DNA of 64,000 bases from an uncultured Gammaproteobacteria bacterium (GTDB taxonomy: Bacteria > Patescibacteriota > Microgenomatia > Levybacterales > UBA12049): assembly GCA_964521295.1 (NCBI GenBank), contig CAZFRF010000001.1, forward strand, positions 270,146-334,145. The letters are read 5' to 3'. The position numbers and the translations under genes are program-made. Each line of letters begins with the position of its first letter. Position 1 is the stretch's first letter. Shown piece after piece: positions 32,228 through 42,439 of the stretch. Below the pieces are notes generated by a model. It saw only the letters and a list, made by a program, of their open reading frames with translations. It did not search any database and had not been told where the DNA came from.

Positions 32228-33310
32228 TTAGCCAATTTCTAGAACTTTATCATCTTTTGCTGATTTCCTTATTGAATTTAAAAATCCTAAGAAAATAAAG
32301 TTAGATAAAAGCGAACTTCCCCCATATGAAACGAAGGGTAATGTGACTCCAACAATTGGTAAAATACCAACATTCATGCCTACATTAACAAAAAATTGAA
32401 TTAGAAAAACAAAAAATGTAATCACACAGAATATCTTACAAAATTTATCATTCGAATCAGAATAGATCTGAAACATTCTATACAAAATAATTATAAAGCA
32501 ACTAAAAATAATCAGAACACCAATAAATCCTAATTGCTCTGAGATAGTAGCAAATATAAAATCAGTTTGTCTTTCTGGTAGAAACCTAAGACTAGATTGG
32601 GTACCTTGACCTATGCCTTGACCCATCAACATACCACTCCCTACGGCAATAATCGACTGAATAACATTGTATGACGTTCCTAGGGGGTCAAGCGATGGAT
32701 TAATAAAGGTTAATATTCTTTGCCTTTGATAATCATGTAAAAATTCCCAAATAATTGGAAACGAGATGATAAGAGGGGAAAATATTATACCAAAGTACTT
32801 TAATGAATAACCCATATAAACCAACGTCAAAAGCACAATAAGACCGTAAATAATTGCATTTCCTAAATCAGGCTGGAAAAAGATTAGAAACCAAATTGGA
32901 GTCAGTAATCCAAAAACGCTTAAAAAGCTTGAAAAATTAAGCGATTTAAGATTAGCAAGATATGCAGCCAGACTTATACTTAAAAAGGGCTTAACAACTT
33001 CAGAAAATTGTAACCTAAATCCCAAAAACTCCACCCACCTCACTGCTCCCCTACTTTCGATACCAACTATAAGAACTAATACTAAAATAATCAATGAAGC
33101 AATATAAATAGGCTTAGCATATATATTTAAAATCTTATAATTTACCTGCGATACGATAATAAAAATTATAAATGAGGCTAAAAATAAAAAGAATTGCCCT
33201 TTGAAAAAATTAAAATTTAACGAAAATAGAGTTACTAAACTAAGTAAAATTAATACAAGTACGGGAATAACAATAAACCAATCAATTTCCTTAAATAGGA
33301 GCTTATTCAT
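32228..33310 (-). CDS. SEDS family peptidoglycan polymerase (RodA/FtsW-like), second copy
   Basis: 360 aa, 10 TM helices, and the conserved C-terminal LPFVSYGGSSL motif shared with the ftsW at 58281-59348. Confidence 0.75.
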   Translation of the reverse strand: MNKLLFKEIDWFIVIPVLVLILLSLVTLFSLNFNFFKGQFFLFLASFIIFIIVSQVNYKILNIYAKPIYIASLIILVLVLIVGIESRGAVRWVEFLGFRLQFSEVVKPFLSISLAAYLANLKSLNFSSFLSVFGLLTPIWFLIFFQPDLGNAIIYGLIVLLTLVYMGYSLKYFGIIFSPLIISFPIIWEFLHDYQRQRILTFINPSLDPLGTSYNVIQSIIAVGSGMLMGQGIGQGTQSSLRFLPERQTDFIFATISEQLGFIGVLIIFSCFIIILYRMFQIYSDSNDKFCKIFCVITFFVFLIQFFVNVGMNVGILPIVGVTLPFVSYGGSSLLSNFIFLGFLNSIRKSAKDDKVLEIG

Positions 33311-36113
33311 CTTTAGTTACTAAAAATTTATCGCCCTGTACGATCTTACTAATTAAAGCTCTTTTTTTAATATACTCCTCGTGCTCAATTGGCCAGAAAG
33401 GCATTGTAACTATTACCTTCTCCTCTTGATTTGTCTTTAAGTTTTTTCTTTCTTCTTGGATCTTTCGAATAATGTCTCTTGCCAGTCCAAAATTAAGGTC
33501 TAAATTATTATCGCTAGTTTCTGCTTCAACTAAGTATTCTGCGGTCTTTTTACCAAAACTTAACTCATATACATTAATCTCTGCCTTTAGAACCTCTAAT
33601 ACTTCTTCGTTTATTTCAGATGGTCCGTTGTATTTCATTTGCCTAATTGGAATTCTTACTTTAATTTCGGCATTTTTTCTTAATGCATGAGCAACTTCTG
33701 CCACTTTTCTTGCTCTTTCCATTTCCATTTCGAGCTCATCGTTTATTAAATCTAGTGAAAATTTAGGAAAATCTTGTAAATGAACGGATTCTTCATTAGT
33801 TAAATTCATAAACATATCTTCTGTCAAAAAAGGCGCAATTGGAGCCAAAACCAAACAAATATTCTTTAATACGAAATGTGCAGTATTATAAAAATCCTCT
33901 TTATCCTTTAAGTTATCTGCTGCTGGACCAACTCTATCTCTACTTCTTCTTATATACCAATTTGAAAAATTACCTACAAAATTATTAATCAGCTCAATAG
34001 CCTGTACGGTATCATAGTTATCCAAAGATTCTGTAACATTTTTAATCAACCTATTTGTTAATGAAATAATCCATTTATCTAAAATGTTTTCAGAAGCCTT
34101 GTAGTCATTTTTTACTTCATATTTATCAACTAAAGCATAGGTAATAAAGAAATTATAAGTATTCCAGAGAACAAGCATTAAGCCTTTAATTTGATTTCTA
34201 TAATTTTCTTCGGAAATAATAATATCTTCACCTTTCATAACCGGACTTCCCATCAAATACAGTCTTAAGGCGTCACCACCAAATCTTTCCAATAAATCTT
34301 TTGGATCTGGATAATTTCCATAGTTTTTGCTCATTTTTCTTCCATCAGTTCCTAGAATAACTCCTTCAACTGCGACATTTTTAAAAGCTATACTGTCATT
34401 CAAAACTGCTCCAATTACATGTAATACATAAAACCAAGCCCTGATCTGACCAGTATATTCTGCAATAAAATCTGGAGGGAAAAAGTCTTCCAATTTTTCA
34501 GACTTCACAAAGGGGAAATGTCTTTCTGCGAAAGATGCACTTCCAGCCTCAATCCAGCTATCTAAAACTTCTGGAACTCTTGAAACTTTTTTACCACATT
34601 TTTTACAAGTAACAAAAACATTATCTATAAATGGTTTATGTAAATCTATAATTTTTTGACCAGATTCCTGTTCTAATTCCGCGATTGACCCTGGCACAAA
34701 TCTTTCTCCACACTCGCATTCCCAAACAGGCACAGGACTTCCCCAGTATCTACTCCTAGATATATTCCAATCGGGTGCTGTTTCGATTGATTTAGCAAAT
34801 CTTCCTTTCTTAAAATGAGCAGGATACCAATTAACTTGTTCGTTTGTTTGCAAAAGCTTGTCCTTAATATCCTGAATATTGACGTACCATGCATTTTGAG
34901 GATTGAAAAAGAGTCGAGTATGACATCTCCAACAATGAGCAACTGAATGAGTAATATCTTCTGATTTATATAATAAATTTCTCTTTTCTAAATCTTCATT
35001 TACAAATTTATTGGCCTTTAAGTAATACATGCCACCAAACAATGGCACGTTTCCAACAACTGTACCTTCATCGTCCAAATGAACAACTATTTGAATATTT
35101 TTCTCTTTCATTATTTTTAAATCTTCCTCTCCATAAGCTGCAAGAGTTACTACTCCAGTTCCCTCATCTGCGGTAACAAAATCTCCACCAATAACAATAA
35201 AGGCTTTCTTACCCTCTTCAATCTGATAATAATCATAATGAGGAATAAATTCTAATCCTTCTAATTTTTCACCTGTAAATTCTTCAATGATTTCATATGG
35301 TGAATTTTTAAGCATCTGCAGTGTCGTTTTTGCCAAGATATATTTTTCACCATCTTGAATAATTTTTACGTAAATTAATTTTGGATTAACCGCTAACGCA
35401 GGCGTAACAATTTTTGTCCATGGAGTAGTAGACCATGCAAGCAAATATGTTCCCTTTTCATTTTTTAATTCATACTTATATGTATCTCCTGGCTCAGTTA
35501 CGTCTTTGTAGTTTTCAGCATCCATAGCAACTTCAAAATTGGAAATTGGAGTTGAGCAATGCGGGCAAAAAAGTGAAACTCTTAAACCCTTATAAATCGC
35601 TCCTTTATCATACATTTGCTTAAACACCCACATAACGGATTCCATATAATCCATATTCCAAGTCTTATATGCGTGCTCGAAATCGACCCAACGACCAATT
35701 CTATCTATATACCATTCCCACTCAGCTGATACCTCATTAACATAGGTTTTACATTCTTCAATGAACTTATCGACACCAACTACTTCCTCTATATCTTTCT
35801 TTCTTTTTATCTCCAATTTATTTTCAACCTTATTCTCTATTGGCAAACCATGACCGTCCCATCCCCAGACTCTTCTTACCCTATAACCCTTCATTGTCCA
35901 ATATCTACCGAATAAATCTTTAGGCAGAGACGAAAGCAAAGTTCCATAATGAGGATTTCCTGTTATAAAAGGAGGACCATCGAGAAATGTCCACTTCTTT
36001 TCTTCAGGTCTTGAGCTTATAGATTTTTCAAAGATATTATTCTCTTTCCAATATTTACTAATCTTAGCTTCTAATTCTGGAAAATTTACCTGTGGAGTTA
36101 CTGGTTTAAACAT
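33303..36113 (-). CDS. ileS: Isoleucine--tRNA ligase (class I, with Zn-knuckle motifs)
   Basis: HIGH-type motif PHYGT, KMSKS-type motif KMSKN, editing-domain WSTTPWT, PDWNISRSRYWG, and two Cys pairs (CWRCHT, CKKCGKK). 936 aa. Confidence 0.75.
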   Translation of the reverse strand: MFKPVTPQVNFPELEAKISKYWKENNIFEKSISSRPEEKKWTFLDGPPFITGNPHYGTLLSSLPKDLFGRYWTMKGYRVRRVWGWDGHGLPIENKVENKLEIKRKKDIEEVVGVDKFIEECKTYVNEVSAEWEWYIDRIGRWVDFEHAYKTWNMDYMESVMWVFKQMYDKGAIYKGLRVSLFCPHCSTPISNFEVAMDAENYKDVTEPGDTYKYELKNEKGTYLLAWSTTPWTKIVTPALAVNPKLIYVKIIQDGEKYILAKTTLQMLKNSPYEIIEEFTGEKLEGLEFIPHYDYYQIEEGKKAFIVIGGDFVTADEGTGVVTLAAYGEEDLKIMKEKNIQIVVHLDDEGTVVGNVPLFGGMYYLKANKFVNEDLEKRNLLYKSEDITHSVAHCWRCHTRLFFNPQNAWYVNIQDIKDKLLQTNEQVNWYPAHFKKGRFAKSIETAPDWNISRSRYWGSPVPVWECECGERFVPGSIAELEQESGQKIIDLHKPFIDNVFVTCKKCGKKVSRVPEVLDSWIEAGSASFAERHFPFVKSEKLEDFFPPDFIAEYTGQIRAWFYVLHVIGAVLNDSIAFKNVAVEGVILGTDGRKMSKNYGNYPDPKDLLERFGGDALRLYLMGSPVMKGEDIIISEENYRNQIKGLMLVLWNTYNFFITYALVDKYEVKNDYKASENILDKWIISLTNRLIKNVTESLDNYDTVQAIELINNFVGNFSNWYIRRSRDRVGPAADNLKDKEDFYNTAHFVLKNICLVLAPIAPFLTEDMFMNLTNEESVHLQDFPKFSLDLINDELEMEMERARKVAEVAHALRKNAEIKVRIPIRQMKYNGPSEINEEVLEVLKAEINVYELSFGKKTAEYLVEAETSDNNLDLNFGLARDIIRKIQEERKNLKTNQEEKVIVTMPFWPIEHEEYIKKRALISKIVQGDKFLVTKDE

Positions 36114-36189
36114 AACACTAATTTTAGCTTATATTGTGCTTACGTTCAACACTAATTTAAGTAATTAAAAACATCTGGTAATAGCATGC

Positions 36190-36756
36190 CTATGGCATCT
36201 GATTTCTATGTATGGGAACAAAGAATGCATTTTCTGGTGGTTTATAAATAAAAATTGCTTCAGGATGTGGATTTTCTTCGGTAGGTGTATCTAAATGCAC
36301 TATACTTGGATCACCAGAAGCCTTGTCCCATTCATAATCCAAAAACTTCAAACCGTTTTTATTCACTTCTACAGCAACATAATGACCAATATTTCCCCTA
36401 TACCTTAAGCTCCTCCCGTTAGCAAATACTGCCAATTTTTGATCTTGAGGTAAACAATCTGCTGTATAAACCTCAATTGGTTCAAATTGTGCAGATAATG
36501 GAAAACTTATCATTCTTGCCTTTCGAGTTGGAACAGCCTCACCTGGTTGTAATACAAAAAAACCGGTTCGTAAGGGACTTTCTTCATCTAATCTGTAATT
36601 TTGCATCATTACAGTCTCGACCAAAGAAACCTGAGGACCTTTTATTGTTCTTAGCTGCATTCCCGGCCAGACTTGATTAATTGGTAATATTCTTGATTCG
36701 TTATCGGGTGAACGCATATTCAAGCAGATAGTAACATTGACATTTAGATCTGTCAA
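36190..36756 (-). CDS. Hypothetical protein, compositionally atypical (GC-elevated)
   Basis: 188-aa uninterrupted ORF in a locally GC-richer stretch (visual estimate about 40% against about 30% background). Pro/Gln/Arg-rich. No recognisable domain. Confidence 0.4.
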   Translation of the reverse strand: MTDLNVNVTICLNMRSPDNESRILPINQVWPGMQLRTIKGPQVSLVETVMMQNYRLDEESPLRTGFFVLQPGEAVPTRKARMISFPLSAQFEPIEVYTADCLPQDQKLAVFANGRSLRYRGNIGHYVAVEVNKNGLKFLDYEWDKASGDPSIVHLDTPTEENPHPEAIFIYKPPENAFFVPIHRNQMP

Positions 36757-36768
36757 TTAAAATACATA

Positions 36769-39393
36769 TCAATGATCTATAGAAGGAAATTTATTTGCAG
36801 ACATATTTAAATTTCCCACTTCAGTCCATAATGACAAATCCAATACGCCTGAGCCTTGAGTATCCTCTGGGTAATTCAAGTTTTTAGTTAAACTTTTTAT
36901 TTTATTTTTTAATTGTTCCACAGTCATATCTGGATAAACTTGCTTAAGCAAAGCAATTGCTCCTGCTACATGAGGGGTGGCCATACTCGTACCACTCCAG
37001 GAAGTATATGCTTTATATGTATCATTACAACTTGGGTCAGTAACTATAATGGATTTTGCAGAACAAATATCTACACCCGGTGCTAAAATATCAGGCTTAT
37101 GAATGACTTCATTGTTCCAATTAACTGGACCAGTAGAGCTAAAATTTGCAATTTTTAAACTTTTATTAACAGCCCCAACTGTCAAAGCTTTTGTCGCTAC
37201 TCCGGGAGAGCGTATTGTTGCAGGCCTAGGCCCCTCATTACCAGCAGCTACCACTGAAATTATTCCCGCATCAGCCGCATTATTTAAGACAATTGACTGA
37301 GGGTCGCCAGGCCCACAATCAGCAGTGTAATTACGTTCACAATCAGCTCCTAGGCTTAAATTTACGACGTCAATATTATTCGTTGGATCAGAATCCATTC
37401 TTGTTGCAATGGCTACATCATATGCAGCTATTAATTCAACTTCTGAACCAGTTCCCGAATAGTCTAAAACTTTATAAGAAATAATATTTGCACCTGGAGC
37501 AACGCCTTTCAATATCCCATTCCCTGCAACGATATTGGCAACATGTGTTCCATGACCATGATCATCTAAAGCATCATAATTACCACTTATAAAGTTATAT
37601 CCTCCAACCACTTTTGAATTATAAACATTTGGCAAAGCATAGTTTTCGTTTGGATCATAAACTAAACAAGATATTTTAAATTTTTCTGTGCTAGAATCAG
37701 AAAAACAAAATCTATTTCCCAAAACCTCAATAATACTTCCGCTGGTAAAAATAGACATTTTTTCATATGTTTTTTTTATAAAGTTATAGGCATAAATTCG
37801 GTTATCAACTGCTCTTGAATAAAATACTGCATTTAACCCTAATTTAGCAGCGTATCGATCCCTTGAATCTACCCAATAATTTGACTGGATACCAAATTTA
37901 TTCTTACTAGAATCAGCATAATTATTAGGAGAAATAAAGGTTTCTTGTTTTGTTTTTAAATCAAATAGATAATATGATCCTGAATTATCTTCTTGATCAC
38001 GACATGTGGATTGGTATAAAAGCTTATCATTTTTATAATCTTGTAGATTACCCATGTGCGGGGGGTTAATCTCTCGCTTTTGACCTGTATCTATATTTTG
38101 AATAAATATTTTTCTAACCTTACACCACTCATCTGAATCATTACTCACGGAATAGGCAATTTGCCTATCTTTATTGCTCGCAAAATAACCTGCGTAATTC
38201 TTATTACTAAATTTTGCTAAAGTTTTTTGTGTACCATTTTTTAAATGATAGGTCATTAAATTCATTCCTTCATTCTTACGCGTTGTAGGATCAAAATAAA
38301 TTAAAGTGTTATCATCGATAGCAAAATCCAGTAAAAGCGAAAAATTTCCCTTATCTGCTCTTAAGTTATTTATTTTTTTTATTTTTTTTGTATCAAAGTT
38401 ATATGCAAATAAACCTGCATTATTGTTATCTGCCGCAAAATAGACAAGATATGCATTAGTTGCCTGGACTTTATAAATTAATGGATTATTTAAACCCGGT
38501 GTATGTAATTTAATTACTGATTTATTTTTATTAGCAAATATATATTGAGTAACCTGATCTATACCACTAATATAAATTACGGATTTTGAATTTAAAGCAA
38601 ACACCTGATCAGTTAAACCATTGTAATCTCTATGCTTAATAGCCTTATCTAAATCGAAGTTTGCCGGGACCACAAAATTCCTTTCTGTAATTGGTGAACT
38701 ACCTAATCCAAGATGAGTATAATCAACGCCAGTATCCATAACTGCAACATTTATTCCTGAACCATCAATATTTTTATTATTAAGATCTTTATATGTCCAA
38801 ATTTTATCTGCTCCTATTAAAGGTACTGATGCATATAAACTGGCTTTTATTTCAATATTTTTATATACACCAGATACCTGAGGCAGTGTTTTTAATAATT
38901 GTGCTTCAGAATCAGAAATATCTAATGCAAAACCATTTAATGCATAAGAATATTCTTTGATAATATTCAACGTATTGTTTTCAGATGGACTTGTGCGCAA
39001 CATGTCTGCATTAACATTTCTTGCACTTTTTTTGTTTAATATTCTTAATGCCAACGTTTTAAAAGATTCTCTATCTGCTTTTAAAGTAACTTGATTTAAT
39101 TTTTTCTTTACATCTACTGAATTATTTAAATTTCTTAAAACAACTATATATCCTGTTGACTTTTGATTACCCAAAGCAGCAGAGTTTGTCGATAAACCTG
39201 ATGAGGCATTTTGCTTAATACTTTGCGTATTTCGTAAAGAAAGAACTGTTATTGGAATTGCCAAAACTATAACTAAAACTGCTAGTAATTTAAAAGATTT
39301 GAAATTAATTAGTTTTCTGAAGTTTATTTTTTTCTGCTGGTTTATATTATCAGTTTGTTCAAAAGATAAATTCGTATTTAAGTTTTGGTCCAC
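36769..39393 (-). CDS. Subtilisin-like serine protease (peptidase S8) with N-terminal TM anchor, I9 propeptide and a large inserted repeat domain
   Basis: Asp box VAVMDTGVDYTH, His box DDHGHGTHVANIVAG, Asn box VVAAGNEGP, Ser box GTSMATPHVAGAIALL. An inhibitor-I9-like propeptide (YIVVLRN...ALNGFALDISDSEAQLL) is present. About 370 aa are inserted between the Asp box and the VVGGYNF strand. Confidence 0.85.
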   Translation of the reverse strand: MDQNLNTNLSFEQTDNINQQKKINFRKLINFKSFKLLAVLVIVLAIPITVLSLRNTQSIKQNASSGLSTNSAALGNQKSTGYIVVLRNLNNSVDVKKKLNQVTLKADRESFKTLALRILNKKSARNVNADMLRTSPSENNTLNIIKEYSYALNGFALDISDSEAQLLKTLPQVSGVYKNIEIKASLYASVPLIGADKIWTYKDLNNKNIDGSGINVAVMDTGVDYTHLGLGSSPITERNFVVPANFDLDKAIKHRDYNGLTDQVFALNSKSVIYISGIDQVTQYIFANKNKSVIKLHTPGLNNPLIYKVQATNAYLVYFAADNNNAGLFAYNFDTKKIKKINNLRADKGNFSLLLDFAIDDNTLIYFDPTTRKNEGMNLMTYHLKNGTQKTLAKFSNKNYAGYFASNKDRQIAYSVSNDSDEWCKVRKIFIQNIDTGQKREINPPHMGNLQDYKNDKLLYQSTCRDQEDNSGSYYLFDLKTKQETFISPNNYADSSKNKFGIQSNYWVDSRDRYAAKLGLNAVFYSRAVDNRIYAYNFIKKTYEKMSIFTSGSIIEVLGNRFCFSDSSTEKFKISCLVYDPNENYALPNVYNSKVVGGYNFISGNYDALDDHGHGTHVANIVAGNGILKGVAPGANIISYKVLDYSGTGSEVELIAAYDVAIATRMDSDPTNNIDVVNLSLGADCERNYTADCGPGDPQSIVLNNAADAGIISVVAAGNEGPRPATIRSPGVATKALTVGAVNKSLKIANFSSTGPVNWNNEVIHKPDILAPGVDICSAKSIIVTDPSCNDTYKAYTSWSGTSMATPHVAGAIALLKQVYPDMTVEQLKNKIKSLTKNLNYPEDTQGSGVLDLSLWTEVGNLNMSANKFPSIDH

Positions 39394-39424
39394 AGAACAA
39401 TAGTATTAATAAATTTAAAACCTG

Positions 39425-40381
39425 TCAATCAGCTATATATCTATTTATTATTTCTTTCATTTCCAAAACATTCTTAGCTCTGTTAACTTTTTCTCTCAAA
39501 GTACTGGAATCTGGAAAATTGTTAACCCACATTTTACTGAAGCGTTTTAAACTATCTGGATTCTTATCTTTCTGCCAAGTTTCCAAAAATAAATCAATAT
39601 GCTTAAGATATAGAATAAGTCTATCTTTGGCAGAAATTTTATTTAAATCTACATCCTTATTAAATACCCAAGGATTAGTAAAAATACCTCTTCCTACCAT
39701 ATAACCATCTGCTTTAGATATTTCATATTTTTCTAAAATCTCTGAATATGATTTAATATCACCGTTACCAATAACTACTGTTTGCGGTGCAATATTATTC
39801 CTTAAGTTGGTAATTTTAGGCATTTCTTCCCAATGCGCATCAACTCTAGACATCTCCTCGACTGTACGTAGATGAACTGTTAATGCAGATAAATTTTGTT
39901 CGAGTAAGAATCCTATCCAATCTTCAATTGCAATCTCTTTAAAGCCTATTCTAGTCTTAACGCTTACTGGAAGCCTACTTCCCTCTTTAGTTGCCTGAAT
40001 GATTTCTGCCGCTAGCTCATGATTATTTATGAGTGCTGAACATGCTCCCTTTTTAATTACTGTATCTATTGGACAACCCATATTTAAATCAATTCCATCA
40101 AACCCTAACTCTTTACAATATTTACCAGTATTATAAAAATCCTCAGGCTTAGTTCCCCAAATTTGAGCAACTATTGGTTTTTGTCTTTGTGTGAATTTAA
40201 ATGACCTTCCAACCTTAGCCCTACCTTTTGACATTATTCCACCTGTACTCACAAATTCAGTGAAAAACACATCCGGCTTACCAAGATCTGCAATTATTTC
40301 CCTAAAAACTACATCAGTAACTCCCTCCATTGGAGCAAGTACGGTAAATGGCTTAGGCAAATTTTGCCAAAATGATTTCAT
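39425..40381 (-). CDS. dus: tRNA-dihydrouridine synthase
   Basis: LAPMEGVTDVVFREI, the TIM-barrel FMN site GCP and the catalytic region. 318 aa. Confidence 0.85.
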   Translation of the reverse strand: MKSFWQNLPKPFTVLAPMEGVTDVVFREIIADLGKPDVFFTEFVSTGGIMSKGRAKVGRSFKFTQRQKPIVAQIWGTKPEDFYNTGKYCKELGFDGIDLNMGCPIDTVIKKGACSALINNHELAAEIIQATKEGSRLPVSVKTRIGFKEIAIEDWIGFLLEQNLSALTVHLRTVEEMSRVDAHWEEMPKITNLRNNIAPQTVVIGNGDIKSYSEILEKYEISKADGYMVGRGIFTNPWVFNKDVDLNKISAKDRLILYLKHIDLFLETWQKDKNPDSLKRFSKMWVNNFPDSSTLREKVNRAKNVLEMKEIINRYIAD

Positions 40382-40399
40382 AGGAGAATATTATACCAG

Positions 40400-40729
40400 T
40401 TACCTATTTCGAGGAATACCTAATGCTCTCATTCTTTGATGAGCTCTTTCCATACAACTGGTGTGCTTTACATATCCATTACTTACACTTTCCCTCCATG
40501 AATCTGGACTACCTGTCACATTTACAGGTATTGATCTCACTCTTTCTAAAAGCCGAACCTGGACTGTATCAACTAATGAAACTGGGTCTGGCTCTTGATC
40601 TACAGGTGCACATAAAGCTTCAAAAGGAACAATTGGAGGAACTTCTTCAACTCGCTCGCCAAGCGTAAAGTAATGCTGAAGACTTTGCCTACTTCCAACC
40701 TCAGCAGATTCTATGTAAGAAGATCTCAT
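40400..40729 (-). CDS. Hypothetical protein, compositionally atypical
   Basis: 109-aa ORF in a GC-elevated patch. An alternative + strand frame (40423-40668) is also open. The minus strand is preferred because it is longer and co-directional with dus. No domain recognised. Confidence 0.3.
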   Translation of the reverse strand: MRSSYIESAEVGSRQSLQHYFTLGERVEEVPPIVPFEALCAPVDQEPDPVSLVDTVQVRLLERVRSIPVNVTGSPDSWRESVSNGYVKHTSCMERAHQRMRALGIPRNR

Positions 40730-40819
40730 TTCCTAAAAAATATATATTGTTTAAGGTTTTAGGTCAATAGGTATTTTACATGTTCTTGAATTTTTCCCAA
40801 CCTATGTTATTCTTAAATT

Positions 40820-42436
40820 GTGACCAGAAAGGTTTTATTTTCCTTAATAGGAATATTTATTCTCTCACTTGCTTTAAGACTTTTTAGCTTAAACACCGTC
40901 CCATTCGGCTTACACACCGACGAATTATTTGCTGGTTATGTTGGTAAATATCTACTACTTCATGGACAAGATATTTATGGAAATGTTCTTCCCTTGTATA
41001 TAAATAAATTTGGAGATTTCCGACCGGTTGGCATATTTTTGTTATCAGGATTATCAGTAACACTTTTCGGGGCAAATGAATTCGCCATAAGACTACCTAC
41101 CGCTTTAATTGGAGCCTTGTCTATTTTTCCTTTATTTCTTGTTACTAAACAACTATTTAATAATGAAAAAATTGGGTTAGTCTCCGCACTAGTTTTAGGA
41201 CTTTTGCCTTGGCATATTATTCTATCCAGAACTACTTCTGAAGCGGTAATTGGAATTTTTATAATTCTTTGTGCGCTTTATTTTATGCTTTTATTTACAA
41301 AAAGTGGCAAAATAAAATTCATATTTATTGCAATTATACTGGGTCTAACCACTTATCTTTTCTATCATTCATTTAGAATTATTCTTCCACTTCTATTTTT
41401 ACCTTTATTTTTAATGGTTGAAGGCAAAAAACTTAAACAAATCGCCCTAATTTCTTTTACCATCATTGCAGGAATAACGTTTTTGGCTATTTCTACCAAA
41501 GAAGGATCAGGCAGGCTTAATCAAGTTGTATTTTATAAAAATACTATTCCTTTAAACACAATAGAATTTTTAAATAATGGCGAAGGAAATAATAATGTCC
41601 TACTTGCAAGAATATTTCATAATAAACCAATAATTTATGGGAGATATTTTATAAACCAGTACTTATCATATTTTTCTCCTGATTTCCTGTTTAACAATAA
41701 AGGTCTTCCAACACGCTATGCACTTCCTGAGCAAGGAGCGTTATATTATATCTTTGCCCCATTGCTCGTTTTAGCATTAATATTTTTCCATAAATATCCA
41801 AACAAAAACAAGAACGCGTGGATAGTATTTTATCTTTTAGCAATTTCCATACTACCTGCTGCTGTAACTTATGAAGATACTCCTAACTTATCTAGATCTG
41901 CTGTTATGATTATTCCTTTAGCTATATTAGCTGCCTTTGGCTTAGTTGCTGCATATGAAAATATAAAAAATAACAATTTCAGAAAAATATTTATTACTCT
42001 TTTTAGTGTCATCTTAATAATTGAAACAATCTATTTTTGGCATATGTACATAGTACATGAGAAAACATATTTTCCTTTTTATAGAAATGAAACAAACAGG
42101 GCTTTAATAAATTATGTAAAAGAAAATAAAGATAAATATCAAGAAATTTACATGCCTTCGACAGATGATCTACCAGTCTATTTCCTTTTTTATACTAATA
42201 ATTTTAATAAACTTGATAAATCGACAATTCACCAAATGGAATCAGGAGGGAAATTTTACGGTATTAATTTCATCAGTAATTTTTGCTTAAATAGCGTAGT
42301 TGACAAGCATAAGACTTCAGGACTCAAAAATTCACTTGTAATTGTTAATGGGCAATGTGATGATTTAGGTTTCCCTAGAAAAGCTGAACTAAATAGACAA
42401 GACGCAACAACTGCATTTAAAATCTTCGAATTTTAA
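40820..42436 (+). CDS. GT-C fold membrane glycosyltransferase (ArnT/PMT-like)
   Basis: 538 aa. N-terminal TM, then a periplasmic DE motif (HTDELFAGY). More than 12 TM helices plus a C-terminal soluble domain. Paralogous in architecture to 16252-17805. Confidence 0.55.
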   Translation: MTRKVLFSLIGIFILSLALRLFSLNTVPFGLHTDELFAGYVGKYLLLHGQDIYGNVLPLYINKFGDFRPVGIFLLSGLSVTLFGANEFAIRLPTALIGALSIFPLFLVTKQLFNNEKIGLVSALVLGLLPWHIILSRTTSEAVIGIFIILCALYFMLLFTKSGKIKFIFIAIILGLTTYLFYHSFRIILPLLFLPLFLMVEGKKLKQIALISFTIIAGITFLAISTKEGSGRLNQVVFYKNTIPLNTIEFLNNGEGNNNVLLARIFHNKPIIYGRYFINQYLSYFSPDFLFNNKGLPTRYALPEQGALYYIFAPLLVLALIFFHKYPNKNKNAWIVFYLLAISILPAAVTYEDTPNLSRSAVMIIPLAILAAFGLVAAYENIKNNNFRKIFITLFSVILIIETIYFWHMYIVHEKTYFPFYRNETNRALINYVKENKDKYQEIYMPSTDDLPVYFLFYTNNFNKLDKSTIHQMESGGKFYGINFISNFCLNSVVDKHKTSGLKNSLVIVNGQCDDLGFPRKAELNRQDATTAFKIFEF

Positions 42437-42439
42437 GTA

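Noticed and set aside
36114-36189. Possible T-box or other leader upstream of ileS
   Set aside because: Only 76 bp are available, which is too short for a T-box. No specifier or antiterminator elements are visible.
40423-40668. Alternative plus-strand frame in the GC-elevated patch
   Set aside because: It is shorter than the minus-strand frame and is not co-directional with either neighbour's operon. Kept as an open question in the findings rather than as a feature.
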